DNA of 62,205 nucleotides, filler included, from Basidiobolus ranarum (GCA_040143965.1; 27 parts of 27 records of this genome joined end to end with filler, not necessarily neighbours in it), one strand, 5' to 3'; positions 11,816 to 23,389 are shown, counted from the whole stretch's first letter. Notes: generated by a model from the sequence alone, not told the origin. Numbers and translations: made by a program.

Positions 11816-12567
11816 ACATGGCTACTCTGACTATCATTCATACAATGAATACCGAGTCCTAATCATCGTTTTAATTCTAATCTTAATATATATTACATTA
11901 AATGACAAGGTAGGGCAAAGTCCTGGTAATTAGTAATTTATTCCTTTGCTGTGAATGGCATCATTTTGAAGCAGTTGTTAATTTAACTTTGGTACATGAA
12001 ATGTACAATCCCCCCCTTGAATGAGCTTCACCGATTGAGATAACAGCAGAGAGGGCTGTGTAAGCAATTATCGATGCCTGAATGTTGACTACTTTAATTG
12101 ATCCAATGGAGCGAAATCAGGGATACTTCCCATCTGTTGGTGTTGTGTTCAAAAGAAGCGCAAAAAGAAATCTTGTACTTTACGGAACAAAAATACAGCC
12201 ATGTGCAGAGTATTAGGGTTAGGCTTTTTAACTTTATTCAGCATCACTTAGAGTTAGGGGGATGAAAAGCATCATAAGGTGTGATATCTATTTATTAATT
12301 TGCACGAAGTGAATAAATAAATAAGCCAAGTTAACTTTTCATATTCAAAGACAAAGTCAACATGTTAGGGGGGAGATAGTAACCAACAGGTTAAATTTGT
12401 TGTGTCCAAGAGAAAAGTGGATAAAAAGTCTTGAACTTTACTGAAGCAAAGAAGTAGTTAAGTGCAGAATCTTAGAACTGTTTAAGGAGGATGTATCAGC
12501 ATAGCAGATCTAACTAATATGTGTCTTGGGAATAGCAGTGGGCTGCTATGTTATGGTAGAGAGTAGG

Positions 12568-12945
12568 TGTTGAAGTTTATTGTCTTTATCATATTTTTTA
12601 TCTCTATCTTTATACACCTAACTATTTCATATATCACATATAAGTTAGTTAACATTACTTGGTCAAATATCTCTTAGCTGAAAATTGGAACATATATTAT
12701 ATATATAAGTGAATAATATGAGAATTAGCAATTCCATATTGGAAATTTTAAACTCATCCAAATTGCTCCAAAGATAGCTCATTTTACTCCCACAGAAGTT
12801 CTGAGCACAACCCCAGTGCTAGTTTTCTGTATTTCCACCAAAAAGTATAAATGCTTTATTTCTGGACAATAAACAATTATCTCACAAAGCTATTCACAAC
12901 TCCACTGTTCTAAAGTTCCTCCAAACAGCGCATATTTTCCCAATA
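12568..12945 (+). mobile_element. Copia-1 5' LTR (family B, about 378 bp, TG...TA)
   Basis: TGTTGAAGTTT...TTTTCCCAATA followed directly by PBS GATTATGAGCCC and gag. Confidence 0.85.
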
Positions 12946-12977
12946 GATTATGAGCCCCATGTTCTAACCTTTTAAGC

Positions 12978-13804
12978 ATGACAGAAACCACTACTATCAC
13001 TTACATTAACTCAAGTGTTGAAAAGCTTGATGGAGAAAATTACAATTTCTGGAAGTTCAAGATGCAAATCATGCTGGAAGACAAGGAGATTTGGGATGTA
13101 GTCTCTGGAGATGAAAAGGAACCTTCTGACCCTTCTTTACTGGAATCTTACAACAAAAGAGGCAAGAAGGCCTTTAATGTCATTTGTCAAAGTTTGAAGG
13201 GTTCACAACTTATGAACATTCAATATGCAAAGACTTCCCATCAAGCTTGGACTATATTTGAAGAGTGTTATGAAGCAAAGAGTCTTGCTAATAGACTCTT
13301 TCTCAGACAAAAATTCTTTAATATAAAGATGGAAAAGTCTGAAAGCATGGTTACTCATATTGCAAATGTGAGATCATTGGCAAAACAACTGGAAAATATC
13401 GGTGCAACATTACAGGAAGAAGATATCATTATGCCTCTTCTAAGTAGTCTACCAGAACAGTATTCAAACTTGGTCACAGCTTTGGAAGCAAGATCTGACA
13501 AGTTGTCTTTGGAGTCTGTGGTAGCAAGGCTGATGGATCAACATCTCAAAAGTAAGAATTTGGAAAAAGAAACTGAGGAAGTGGCTCTTTTTGGAGCTGG
13601 AAAACATAGCTTTGGCAAGTACAAAGGTTTTAAAAGAAGGAAACCAGGTTTATGCTATGGTTCTACAAACCAGGACGCCAGATAAAAGATTGCCAATCAA
13701 GAAATTATAACAAAAATAAGAAGTCAAAACAAGCAAGTCAGGTTTCAACCAAAGAGGAAGTTTTATTCAAATATGCCCTATCAGTGACTTCTGAATAAGA
13801 GTGT
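12978..13804 (+). pseudogene. Copia-1 gag
   Basis: EKLDGENYNFWKFKMQIML...IWDVV...LLSSLPEQY; degenerate zinc knuckle, stop at 13685. Confidence 0.9.
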
Positions 13805-13904
13805 NNNNNNNNNNNNNNNNNNNNNNNNNNNNNNNNNNNNNNNNNNNNTTAATTAATTAANNNNNNNNNNNNNNNNNNNNNNNNNNNNNNNNNNNNNNNN
13901 NNNN

Positions 13905-14099
13905 AACTCGTCCAAATTGCCCCAAAGATAGCTCATTTTACTCCCACAGATGTTCTGAACACAACCCCAGTGTTAGTTTTCTGTATTTCCACCAAAATGT
14001 ATAAATGCTTAATTTCTGGTCAATAAATAATTATCTCACAAAGCTATTCACAACTCCACTTTTCTAAAGTTCCTCCAAACAGCCCATATTTTCCCAATA
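13905..14099 (+). mobile_element. LTR family B, 3' part
   Basis: Matches about 12750-12945, ends CCCAATA; no PBS follows. Confidence 0.8.
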
Positions 14100-16117
14100 A
14101 TTTCTACACTGTCCCTCAACTTAATAGTCATATAAACTAATCCTAAGAGAGGTCTAAATTTCTCAAATTTCTGTCTAGCCAATGGTTTGGTTGATATATT
14201 AGTAATCTTGTCTTCAACAAAAAGTTGAATCAATAAACTTAATCTCTATAGTCTCTCAAATGAAATGATGTCTAATACATACATATTTGATTCTATTGTG
14301 AAATGTGGGATTTTTAGCTAATTTGATACAAATTTGATTATGAACTAAATTTTGTGCATTTATTATAGATCTTGCCATTTCTAGTATAGTCCTGTTAGCT
14401 CTTTCAGAAACTCCATTTTTCTGAGGTGAATAAAGAGCAGCAGCTTTTTGCTTAATTCCATGAACTTTGCAAAAGTGAATAAATAGTGTTGAAGTATATT
14501 TTCACCATTCTCAGTATATATTTTCTTGATTTAATTACAGTTTCAATATATTCCAGTGTCTTAAAATATCTAGGGATAGAGAGAGCTTCTTCTTTTCTTT
14601 CCATAAAGTAGACCCAAGTGTATCATGTATAGTCATCAATAAATGTGATTAAATTTTTTTTCCTCCTAAAGATAAATGTTGCATGTGTCCACACAAATCT
14701 GAATGCATTAAATCCAACTTTTGGACATATTTGATTAAACCAGATCTCTTGAATGGTTGCCTGGCTGGTTTTCCACTTATACAACCCTCACAAATGTCCA
14801 TTTTGGTTGGGAGGGGGGTTAACTTAAATTTCAGAAATTAGGCAGTTTTTGATCATTTTGCTCAAATAATCAAATCCTACATGGCCAAATCTTTAACACC
14901 ATAATTGATTAGTTTCTTGATTGGAATAACCAATATTTACACATAAACCTCTTGGATTATATGTAAGTTTGTAAAATATTTGATCCCTTTCTCCCAAAGC
15001 AAAATAAATACAATATTGATTGATGATGGTGCATCCTGACTAATCAAAATTGAACTTTAGCACTTCTGAGGTGGCCTTGCATACAGATATCAAATTCTTG
15101 ACAATATCTGGAGCATGGAGTACATCTTCACAGATATACACTTTCTCTTCAGAAACTCCTGTTAAATTGACTTGAATTGTTTCTATTCCAATGGCATCCA
15201 ATGTATGGTCATCTCCTATAAAACCTTTCTAATTGGGATTTCTTCATAATTCATAAACCAATGACTTTCATTTGTGAAATGTTGGATGACTCTAAAATCA
15301 ATATATCACATCTCAGAATCCTGGCTGTTAGTCATAGATAGAGCAGATATCAACAGGTGATCTTCTGTTGTAACCACATATCCAGATTAAATACATTTTA
15401 CTTCTTTTGCAATCTGCTGTAGCAATCTTTGCTTAAATGACCAGTTCTCTTATAGTAATCACAGAATGTATTACTTTTCCTCTCAAAATGCTTTGGGCCT
15501 TTATAGAAAAGTTGCCTATAGCCTATTAAAGTACTTCTGCATTCTTTTGGTTGGATCCTAACTTTTCTGATTCTTCATCCAGAAGTTTGCTAAGTACATA
15601 ATCTAAGGCTATATTTTCAGTTCTTGACTCTAGAGCCACTATTAGGCACCAAAACCTATATGGCAGGTTATTCAGGACTGGAACTATGGTATGCTGATTG
15701 ATAGTAGGTACTCCAATGCATTCCATTATATCCACCACAATAGTTACTCTTTTAATTAGTGATATAATGTCTTTTCCTGGCTTCATCTTTAAGTTAAAGA
15801 ATTTTCTTCTTAGCAACATCTTGTTGGCAGCAGAAATTTGGTGAGTTTCTTCCAAGGCTTTCCATACTTTTTGGCAGCTTTAGGTTTTCAACTTTGAATT
15901 AGCAATTTGTATTTAACAGTAAGACAAATTTTGTTAAAGGCATTTTGTTCTTTTCAACCTGGAGTGAAATTTTGATTTCTGATAGTTTAGAATTGTTTTC
16001 TTCTCCATTGTGAATTTCTCACAGGAATAATGAACCTGTTTCTAATCATTGACTTTCCAATATTGAACTTAACTCTTGCTAGATTACTCAGTGGATTTGT
16101 GGCTGCTATGGTTTATT
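14100..16117 (-). mobile_element. Copia-2 element (gag, protease, integrase, RNase H tail, PPT) lacking RT
   Basis: gag LLRRKFFNLKM; integrase HSDLCG; NRTILEMARS runs directly into KLAKNPTFHNR...TKPLARQKFEKFR..LG; PPT GAGGGACAG then TGTAGAAAT. Confidence 0.8.
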
Positions 16118-16217
16118 NNNNNNNNNNNNNNNNNNNNNNNNNNNNNNNNNNNNNNNNNNNNTTAATTAATTAANNNNNNNNNNNNNNNNNNNNNNNNNNN
16201 NNNNNNNNNNNNNNNNN

Positions 16218-16493
16218 TGTTTTGGTTGAACTTTGCTCAACTATTGATTTACTACATAATTGAGGGATTACAATCTCTTCACTTGCACTATTGCTGGAAA
16301 GGAACACATCTGGTAAATTGATTAATGCTTCATCATTACTTGACTTAGTTTCCGGCATGTTAATGACTTTCAAAGTTGATAGTTGATAGCTAGACTGCTC
16401 ATCAATTAAGTCCTCTGTTCTTGCTGGTTTTTTCCCTTTCATGCCAGCAGGCTTTAGCTTGGAAGCTGATTTTGAACACTTTTTGAATAGCAT
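16218..16493 (-). pseudogene. CMC/EnSpm ORF2 N-terminus
   Basis: MLFKKCSKSASKLKPAGMKGKKPARTEDLIDEQ; homologous starts at 45591 (-) and 58322 (+). Confidence 0.7.
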
Positions 16494-16705
16494 TGAAATT
16501 TTCAGATGGTAACCTTGGTGTAATGAAATTGCTTAGAAACAGCTTATAATAAACCAAAATTGCCATCCATTACCAGAAATATCTTGTAAATCCCCTGATG
16601 ACTCATCTGTGACACCATCTCAGCATCATCCAATGATATTGATGGGCTATACCTCAAATACCACCCTTACATAGGAGATGTTCTTTTTTCTACAATATCC
16701 TTCTC

Positions 16706-18430
16706 ATGCCCAAACACAAACCTTTAATGAGGCCCTGCTATTATTGTCACAAATTTTTGAGCTATGAAAGCTGGAGGCTTCATAGAAAAAATAATCACAA
16801 GCACGGTCACTGTACAAAGCCACCAGCTGCACAAAGCCTGGCTTATATCAACAGTAATAAGTGCACTACATTGACTTTAGTTTTGCCCATTGAGTCCACT
16901 GACTGTAGTTTGCCTCAAAGTTTTAGTAACACAGCTAAAAGTCAAGATACCATGGAGTTACCATAGTTATATGACTAGAAAAATGTAGGTCACAATGCAA
17001 CTTTGGTCAAACCAGTAAGTCCAGACAACTTTGAGGACTTTCTGCTTGATGTTGACCTAGGTTGTTCCAGTACCAGTGGTAGTATATCAGAAGCTGAAGA
17101 AGAAGACAATGGTTTTGTTGCAGATTCTTTGTTATGAGCAAACATGAGTCCACTGATAACACTTACTGTAAAGGAAGCAGCTTTGATTATTCAGGAGTGA
17201 AGAGTTTAATCCAATCCTAGCAACCACGTGTTTATTGGTTTTCTTACACTTTTTCCACAGTTGATTGGCAACTGTTGCTTGCCACAGACCTGGTACAAGT
17301 GGAATACACTTGTCAATTGTATGACTTATAATCCTTCAGTAATTCAACTACCTTCATGTCCAAATGGTTGTTTGGCTTTCACCAGTAATCTGAAAAACCT
17401 GAAGTCATGTCCTGTGTGCACACAATTGGCAATCACTGAATCAGGTAAATATTGTTCATATTTTGCTTACATACCATTGATTCCCCTTCTTAAAGTTTTG
17501 ATGAGATCACCCAAATATAGATCATTAATCCAATACCAAAGTACTCACCATAGAGCTGATGGTATTACCAATATACTTGATAGATATCACTACCATAATC
17601 TGAAAAGTCAAGGTTTCCTTGGGAACATGTATGATCATGCCTTTGCATTGGCTCTGGATGGTTTCTCACTAAACAAATATACTGTTGGAAAGGCTTGCTG
17701 GCCAATAACTTTAATCAACTTAAATCTTTCTCCTTTTGAATGGTATGAGAGTCATAATACTTTGATACTATCAATCATATTGGGTCATAAATCACCAATG
17801 CTTATAGAAAGCTTCTTGGAGCCTTTGATTGCAGAATTTGAATGGTTATCAAATCGGGTTCAGATGGGTGAATATTTTATTAAGGCTAATATCATTGTAT
17901 GTATTGGTGACACTCCTGCCATCAGTAAACTTGGAGGTTTTTGTGGGCATAATGCACTTTCTTGCTGTAGAATTTGTCAAATCAATAGAGTTTACTCTAA
18001 CAGGCATATGCATTACTACTATACCAATACAACACTAAACTCCATGATTTTACCATCAAGAGCCCAGTCAGATCTCAACATGCTCACCAATATCAATTGG
18101 CCCAATAGTCAGTCTAAGATCAAACTTGGTCTTTGCCATAAGCATAAGATTATATTGCTGAAGGGGATCCACTTGAGCTGCAGCTTCTCAATAGGCACTA
18201 TGCACTTACTATTCAACAACATTTCAATACTACTTACTCAGCTAAATAGTGGAAAATTCAATATGAATGAGCCATTTGAGATAGGATCAAAGTTTGATTT
18301 GATTGGGAAAATGCTTGAAAACATCAAGATACCATCATATTTTACCAGAACTCCTATCAATATCCACTCTTCTAGGCATTTATTCAAATGCAAAGACTGG
18401 AAGTATTGGACTTGTATATATTATAGAGGA
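16706..18430 (+). pseudogene. CMC/EnSpm (CACTA-type) Tnp2/Transposase_21-like transposase, N-terminal part
   Basis: CPNGCLAF...CPVC...YIPL, ALALDGF...CWPI.LINLNL.P, SFLEPLI.EF, GDTPAISKLGGF.GHNA...CRIC, MHLLFNN; N-terminal CxxC...H..H; stops in the 5' part. Confidence 0.88.
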
Positions 18431-18530
18431 NNNNNNNNNNNNNNNNNNNNNNNNNNNNNNNNNNNNNNNNNNNNTTAATTAATTAANNNNNNNNNNNNNN
18501 NNNNNNNNNNNNNNNNNNNNNNNNNNNNNN

Positions 18531-19261
18531 TCCATGACCACCGTAGCCATTGCCATTGTCTCCTCCATTGCCAGCACCATTTCATCCTTTTCAGCATCAT
18601 AAGCGTCGTGCTATTGCCATTATCCCCTCCATTACCAGAACCACCGTGACCATCACCATTTCCATTACCACCCTTTCCAGCGACATAAGTGCTAGTTCCA
18701 TTATTTGCCATTGTCTCCTCCGTTTCCAGCACCACGGTTACCATTTTCGTTGCCATTATCACCCTTTCTAGTATCATAAATCCGAGCTCCATTGCCAACA
18801 TCACTATATTTTCCAATATCATAAGATCCAGCTCTATTGCCACCGTTGCCATTACCATTGTCTCTTCCATTTCTCGCACCACCGTTTCCATCTCCATTGC
18901 TATTACTACCCTTTCCAGTATCATAAATGACATCTTCATTGCCGCCGTTGCCATTGCCATTTTCCCCTCCATTTCCAGCACCACTGTTATCATTACCATC
19001 TACATGCTTTCTTGCATCGTAAGCGCCAGCTCAATTGCCATTATCCCCTCCATTACCAGAATCACCGTTACCATCACCGTTTCCATTTCCACCCGTTCCA
19101 GTATTGTAAGTACCAGCTCCATGGCCACCGTTGCTATTGCAATATCTCCTCCATTACCTTTGCCACTGTTACTGTTGCCGTTTCCATTAATACCCTTACC
19201 AGCTTCATATGTACCAGCTCCAGTGCAGCTATTTCTATAGCAACTGTCTCCTCCGTTTCCA
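18531..19261 (-). pseudogene. Decayed Gly/Asn-rich repeat protein gene
   Basis: Minus strand repeats a unit like GNGAGTYDAGKGGNGNGDGNGGAGNGGDN, with frameshifts and an in-frame TGA near 19031. Confidence 0.7.
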
Positions 19262-19591
19262 ATCAAATGGATCTATTTTGCGCTGTTACCAAAAGAGTAG
19301 CATGAGCTCATGGGTGGTAAGGCTAATAGGTAGGATAAGTCGACTCTTACCGGAATGGCTTTAACCCTAACCCATTTTGACCAATCAAATGGTCTAATTT
19401 TGCACTCTTACCGGAAAAGTATCCCAGTATAAGCAGTAGAAAAATTGCACCTTACCGGAAAGATCATAACCCTATATCGATTTTGACCAATCAAATCGCT
19501 ATGATTCTGCACTTTTACCGAAAGAGCAGCATAAGTGGTAGAGCAGCATGGCATAAGTGGTAGGGCATAAGTGGTAGTACTTTTCATCCCC
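19262..19591 (-). repeat. Unclassified element terminus with subterminal repeats
   Basis: Three CCAATCAAAT...TTACC units (19259, 19381, 19487) and three GCATAAGTGGTA; ends CTTTTCATCCCC. The reverse complement GGGGATGAAAAG recurs at about 12258 and 50601. Confidence 0.5.
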
Positions 19592-20118
19592 TAACACTGA
19601 TACGATATGTACCAATCCCCCATTAATGTCTATAGCAGAGAAGAATGTATTAGATTATCTTAAACCTTGTTGCAATCAAATTCATCCCTCGCAGATCTCT
19701 GTAAACTATAGGATACACTTGCAACGTTTCATTCTTTGCGTATCAACGTAACTCTAACACACGTGATAATACTAACTAACTGTAGTTGTAAGATTCCAGG
19801 ATCCGCAACTGTCTGAGGGCTTGCACAGATACTCTTGGATGATTTGCCAACGCTAAGTATTGATTATAATAGATACTCAATCTATGCGCGTGTATTATGC
19901 AACAACACAAGCGCCTGGAGTCGAAGTGATAGCTCCCACATAATCAAGATAACAGGAACAAAGTTTTCTTATTATTGTGATAAGCAATGGGAACAGAGGT
20001 CGAGATTAGGGCTTGACTAAGGGGTAAGCATGAGTTGTTAAAGGAGAGTGATTACAACCTAATATATAAGCCCTTCTTAAGTTTTACAGTTGAAATATCA
20101 CCAACTCATCAGCAAGGA

Positions 20119-20406
20119 ATGCAACTCTTCACAACACAAATGATCCTTTTTATTTCCATCATTGCAGCATCATTCTTGTCTGTTGCTCACAGCGCAATAA
20201 TTGGTGGATGTAATTCTGGTGCCATTGTAGGAAGACCTTGCACTTACGCGGTAGGTTATAACGGCGATGGGCTATTTAGATGTGTGGCAGATTCTAATGG
20301 GGAAGGTAAATGGGTCCGGATGGCTACTTGCAAGGTAGGGTTGACTGGATCTTGTGGTAGTTGTAGAGCTCAACCTAGCGTCCATTGCTGTGCAATTTGT
20401 CTATAA
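20119..20406 (+). CDS. Small secreted cysteine-rich protein (95 aa, 9 Cys)
   Basis: Signal-like MQLFTTQMILFISIIAASFLSVAHS, then a Gly/Cys-rich mature part; TATATAA about 55 bp upstream; CpG-normal context. Confidence 0.8.
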   Translation: MQLFTTQMILFISIIAASFLSVAHSAIIGGCNSGAIVGRPCTYAVGYNGDGLFRCVADSNGEGKWVRMATCKVGLTGSCGSCRAQPSVHCCAICL

Positions 20407-20841
20407 AAGGTAACTATATACTATATTTAAGCCGTCCTGTATAGAATGAATGCTCGAATCGCCACTTCTTATCATAATGGTTTTAAATTAATCGATTATA
20501 CGATTGATTAAGCACTTCATTCATTCGATTAATAAAGCTCCGCACTAAGTAAATATGTATGCTTAAGAGTTTAGGGCAGATTCATATGCTAAATGTCTGA
20601 TTAGGAACTATGAGAGTAAGAATTAAATGTGGTGGAATAAGTGAGTTTATTAATCTCAAACTGTACAGATAATGTGTGATGCCATGAAAAAATGTAGATG
20701 CAAATGGTCAGGTATTTGGACCAGTAAATCAAAAGAGAATGNNNNNNNNNNNNNNNNNNNNNNNNNNNNNNNNNNNNNNNNNNNNTTAATTAATTAANNN
20801 NNNNNNNNNNNNNNNNNNNNNNNNNNNNNNNNNNNNNNNNN

Positions 20842-21176
20842 CAGAGTATATTAACCTGCCAACAAAGGGCTCTTTTCAATGTGCTCATGGGTTTTTGCAT
20901 TGTTTGAGCACAATAACAGCAACAAAGCCCAATCCATGGACACAGAGTAAGTGCCTCTATAAGTTGGACTAATTTGTTTGCGTGATAATCTGATGGTACT
21001 GTTAGGAAAGCTGCAAGACAGACAACTTGGTGAGACAGATCATGATATGTAGTATTATGGTTTTAGCCATGAGATAATCTATTCAAGCAATGACACATCT
21101 ACTTGTGGCAGGACATTTGTTGACTGCAAGTCAGGGATATATTGGCTGAATTCTTTATGGAAGTTTGCCAAAATCA
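20842..21176 (+). mobile_element. CMC/EnSpm transposase fragment
   Basis: Matches about 7605-7935; interrupted after GCCAAAATCA. Confidence 0.8.
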
Positions 21177-21458
21177 TGTTAAAAGTCTGGTGACTTGTGG
21201 TACATGCAGTAATTCTCAAAGAGGAAAGCATGGAGTATGGTGACTGCATCTGAACACCAAGTCTCAATCCAATTAGTTGCTTGTATAGCTGAAATGCTAA
21301 AGTACCATACATTGACAGACTAGGTTAAGGTTCCCTAGCAATATAGGCATCACATACAAGGACTGGTAGCTCAGTGGTTAGAGCACCTTGCTAGAGTGAA
21401 GGAGGTCCCAGGTTCAAATCCTGGCCAGACCAATATTTCTCGCTAAATAATTTCAATA
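21177..21458 (+). mobile_element. LTR-like insert of about 282 bp containing a tRNA-derived sequence
   Basis: Starts TGTTAAAA exactly where EnSpm homology stops; candidate end TTTCAATA; CpG-depleted; single copy in this window, no TSD. Confidence 0.5.
21360..21432 (+). ncRNA. tRNA-like sequence (pseudo-tRNA, AGA at anticodon position, short variable loop)
   Basis: GGACTGG TA GCTC AGTGGTTA GAGC A CCTTG CTAGAGT GAAGG AGGTC CCAGG TTCAAAT CCTGG CCAGACC A: full cloverleaf, intact A and B boxes, one mismatch each in acceptor and anticodon stems. Confidence 0.75.
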
Positions 21459-21769
21459 TATTACTGATAGTCCAGATATTAAGCATTTACTCATCTTGGT
21501 GGAAATACAGAAAACTATCACTAGGGCTGTGTTCAGAACATCTGCAGGGGTAAAATGAGCTATCTTTGGGGCAATATGAATGTGTTTGAAATTTCCAATA
21601 TGGAATTGCTAATTCTCATATTATTCTCATGTATATATAATATATGTTCCAATTTGCAGTTATGTGATGTTTGACTAAGTAATATTAACTAATGTAAATG
21701 TTATATATGAAGTAGGTAGGTGTATAAAGATAGAGATAACAAATATGATAAAGACAATAAACTTCAACA
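21459..21769 (-). mobile_element. LTR family B, diverged and truncated
   Basis: Ends AAACTTCAACA, reverse complement of TGTTGAAGTTT. Confidence 0.75.
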
Positions 21770-23052
21770 AATACCAGCATAGACTCATTCTGTCTTCTTA
21801 AAACCTATATTAAAGTTTTTCACATCCAATTACAAATTTTTGCATAGTTGCTGTATCTGCCTGAGATCTGCCAATGGAAGTTGATGCCATAAGAATATAT
21901 CAACAATATCCACAAACAACTCTCAATGTTGCTAATACTTATCAGGCAGAAATTTTTTCAAGATTCCACTTAAATATATACACATCCATTGCTTCCAGTC
22001 TTTGCATTTGAATAAAAGCCAGGATGAGTGGATATTGATAGGAGTCCTGGTAAAATATGATGGTATCTTCATGTTTTCAAGCATTTTCCTAATTGATTCA
22101 AACTTTGATCCTATCGCAAATGGCTCATTCATATTGAATTTCCTACTATATAGCTAAGTAGTAATGGAATGTTTTTGAATAGTAAGTGCATAGTGCCTAA
22201 TGGGAAGGTCTTGCACCCACTGATCCCCTTTAGCTATATAATCTTAGGCTTACTGCTAATACCTAGTTTGATGTTAGACTGACTATTTGGTGAACAAATA
22301 TCAGTGTTCATATTGAAATCTGACTGGGCTCTTGATGGTATAATCATGGAGTTTAGTTTTGTATTTTGGTAGTAGCAATGCGCGTGCCTGATAGAGTAAA
22401 CTCCATTGATTTGACAAAGTCTACCACAAGATAGTGCATTGTGCCCACAAAAACCTCCAAGTTTACTGATGCAGGAGTGTCACCAGTACATACAATGACA
22501 TTAGCTTTAGTGAATATTCACCCATCTGAACCCCATTAGGTTACCATCAAAATTTCTCCATCAAAGGCTTCAAAAAGCTATCTATAAGCACTGGTGACTT
22601 AGGTCCAGATATGATGGATAGTATCAAAATATTATGATTCTCATAGCATTCAGAAGGAGGAAGATTTAAGTCAATTAAAATTATTGGCCTGCAAGCCTTT
22701 CCAGTGGTATATTTGTTTTGTGAGAAACCATCCAGAGCCAGTGCAAACGCATGATTGTACATGTTCTCAAAGAAACCTTGACTTTTCAGATTCTGGTAGT
22801 GCTATCCATCAAGTATATTGATAATACCATCAGCTTTAGGGTGAGTACTTTGGTATTAGAATAGTGATCTACATTTGGGTGATTTCATCAAAACTTTAAG
22901 ATTGGGAATAACAGTATGTAAGCCAAATATGAACAATATTGACCTGATTCAGTGATTGCCAATTGTGTGCAAACAGTACATGACTTCAGGTTTTTCAGAT
23001 CACCAGTGAAAGCTAAACAACCATTTGGACATGAAGGCAGCTTAATTACTGA
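21770..23052 (-). mobile_element. CMC/EnSpm degenerate transposase
   Basis: ALALDGFSQNK...LNLPP...GPKSP; KIPSYFTRTPINI. Confidence 0.85.
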
Positions 23053-23152
23053 NNNNNNNNNNNNNNNNNNNNNNNNNNNNNNNNNNNNNNNNNNNNTTAA
23101 TTAATTAANNNNNNNNNNNNNNNNNNNNNNNNNNNNNNNNNNNNNNNNNNNN

Positions 23153-23389
23153 CTTAAGAGTATATGGTGACTTATGTAGTAGAAAAGTAAATCAATTATT
23201 TGAGATATTCAGGAGTTTGTGTAATAAGATATAATAGATAAGTGGGGGTAATAAGACATACTTGTTATATAGATATAGAGATATTCCTATTTAAAATATT
23301 GGGGCTACAGATATGTTGCTTTCTGTTAATGATACATGTATCATAACTAAAGTTAACTATGATGTTGAATAAAGATTAATTATCCAACA
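23153..23389 (+). mobile_element. LTR family D, 3' end
   Basis: Ends GAATAAAGATTAATTATCCAACA; same end at 32489. Confidence 0.65.

Noticed and set aside
18689..19240. Hydrophobic 183-aa plus-strand ORF as a membrane protein
   Set aside because: Antisense shadow of the Gly/Asn repeat on the minus strand.
21360..21432. Functional tRNA-Ser(AGA)
   Set aside because: No long variable arm, two stem mismatches, no CpG, embedded in TE DNA.
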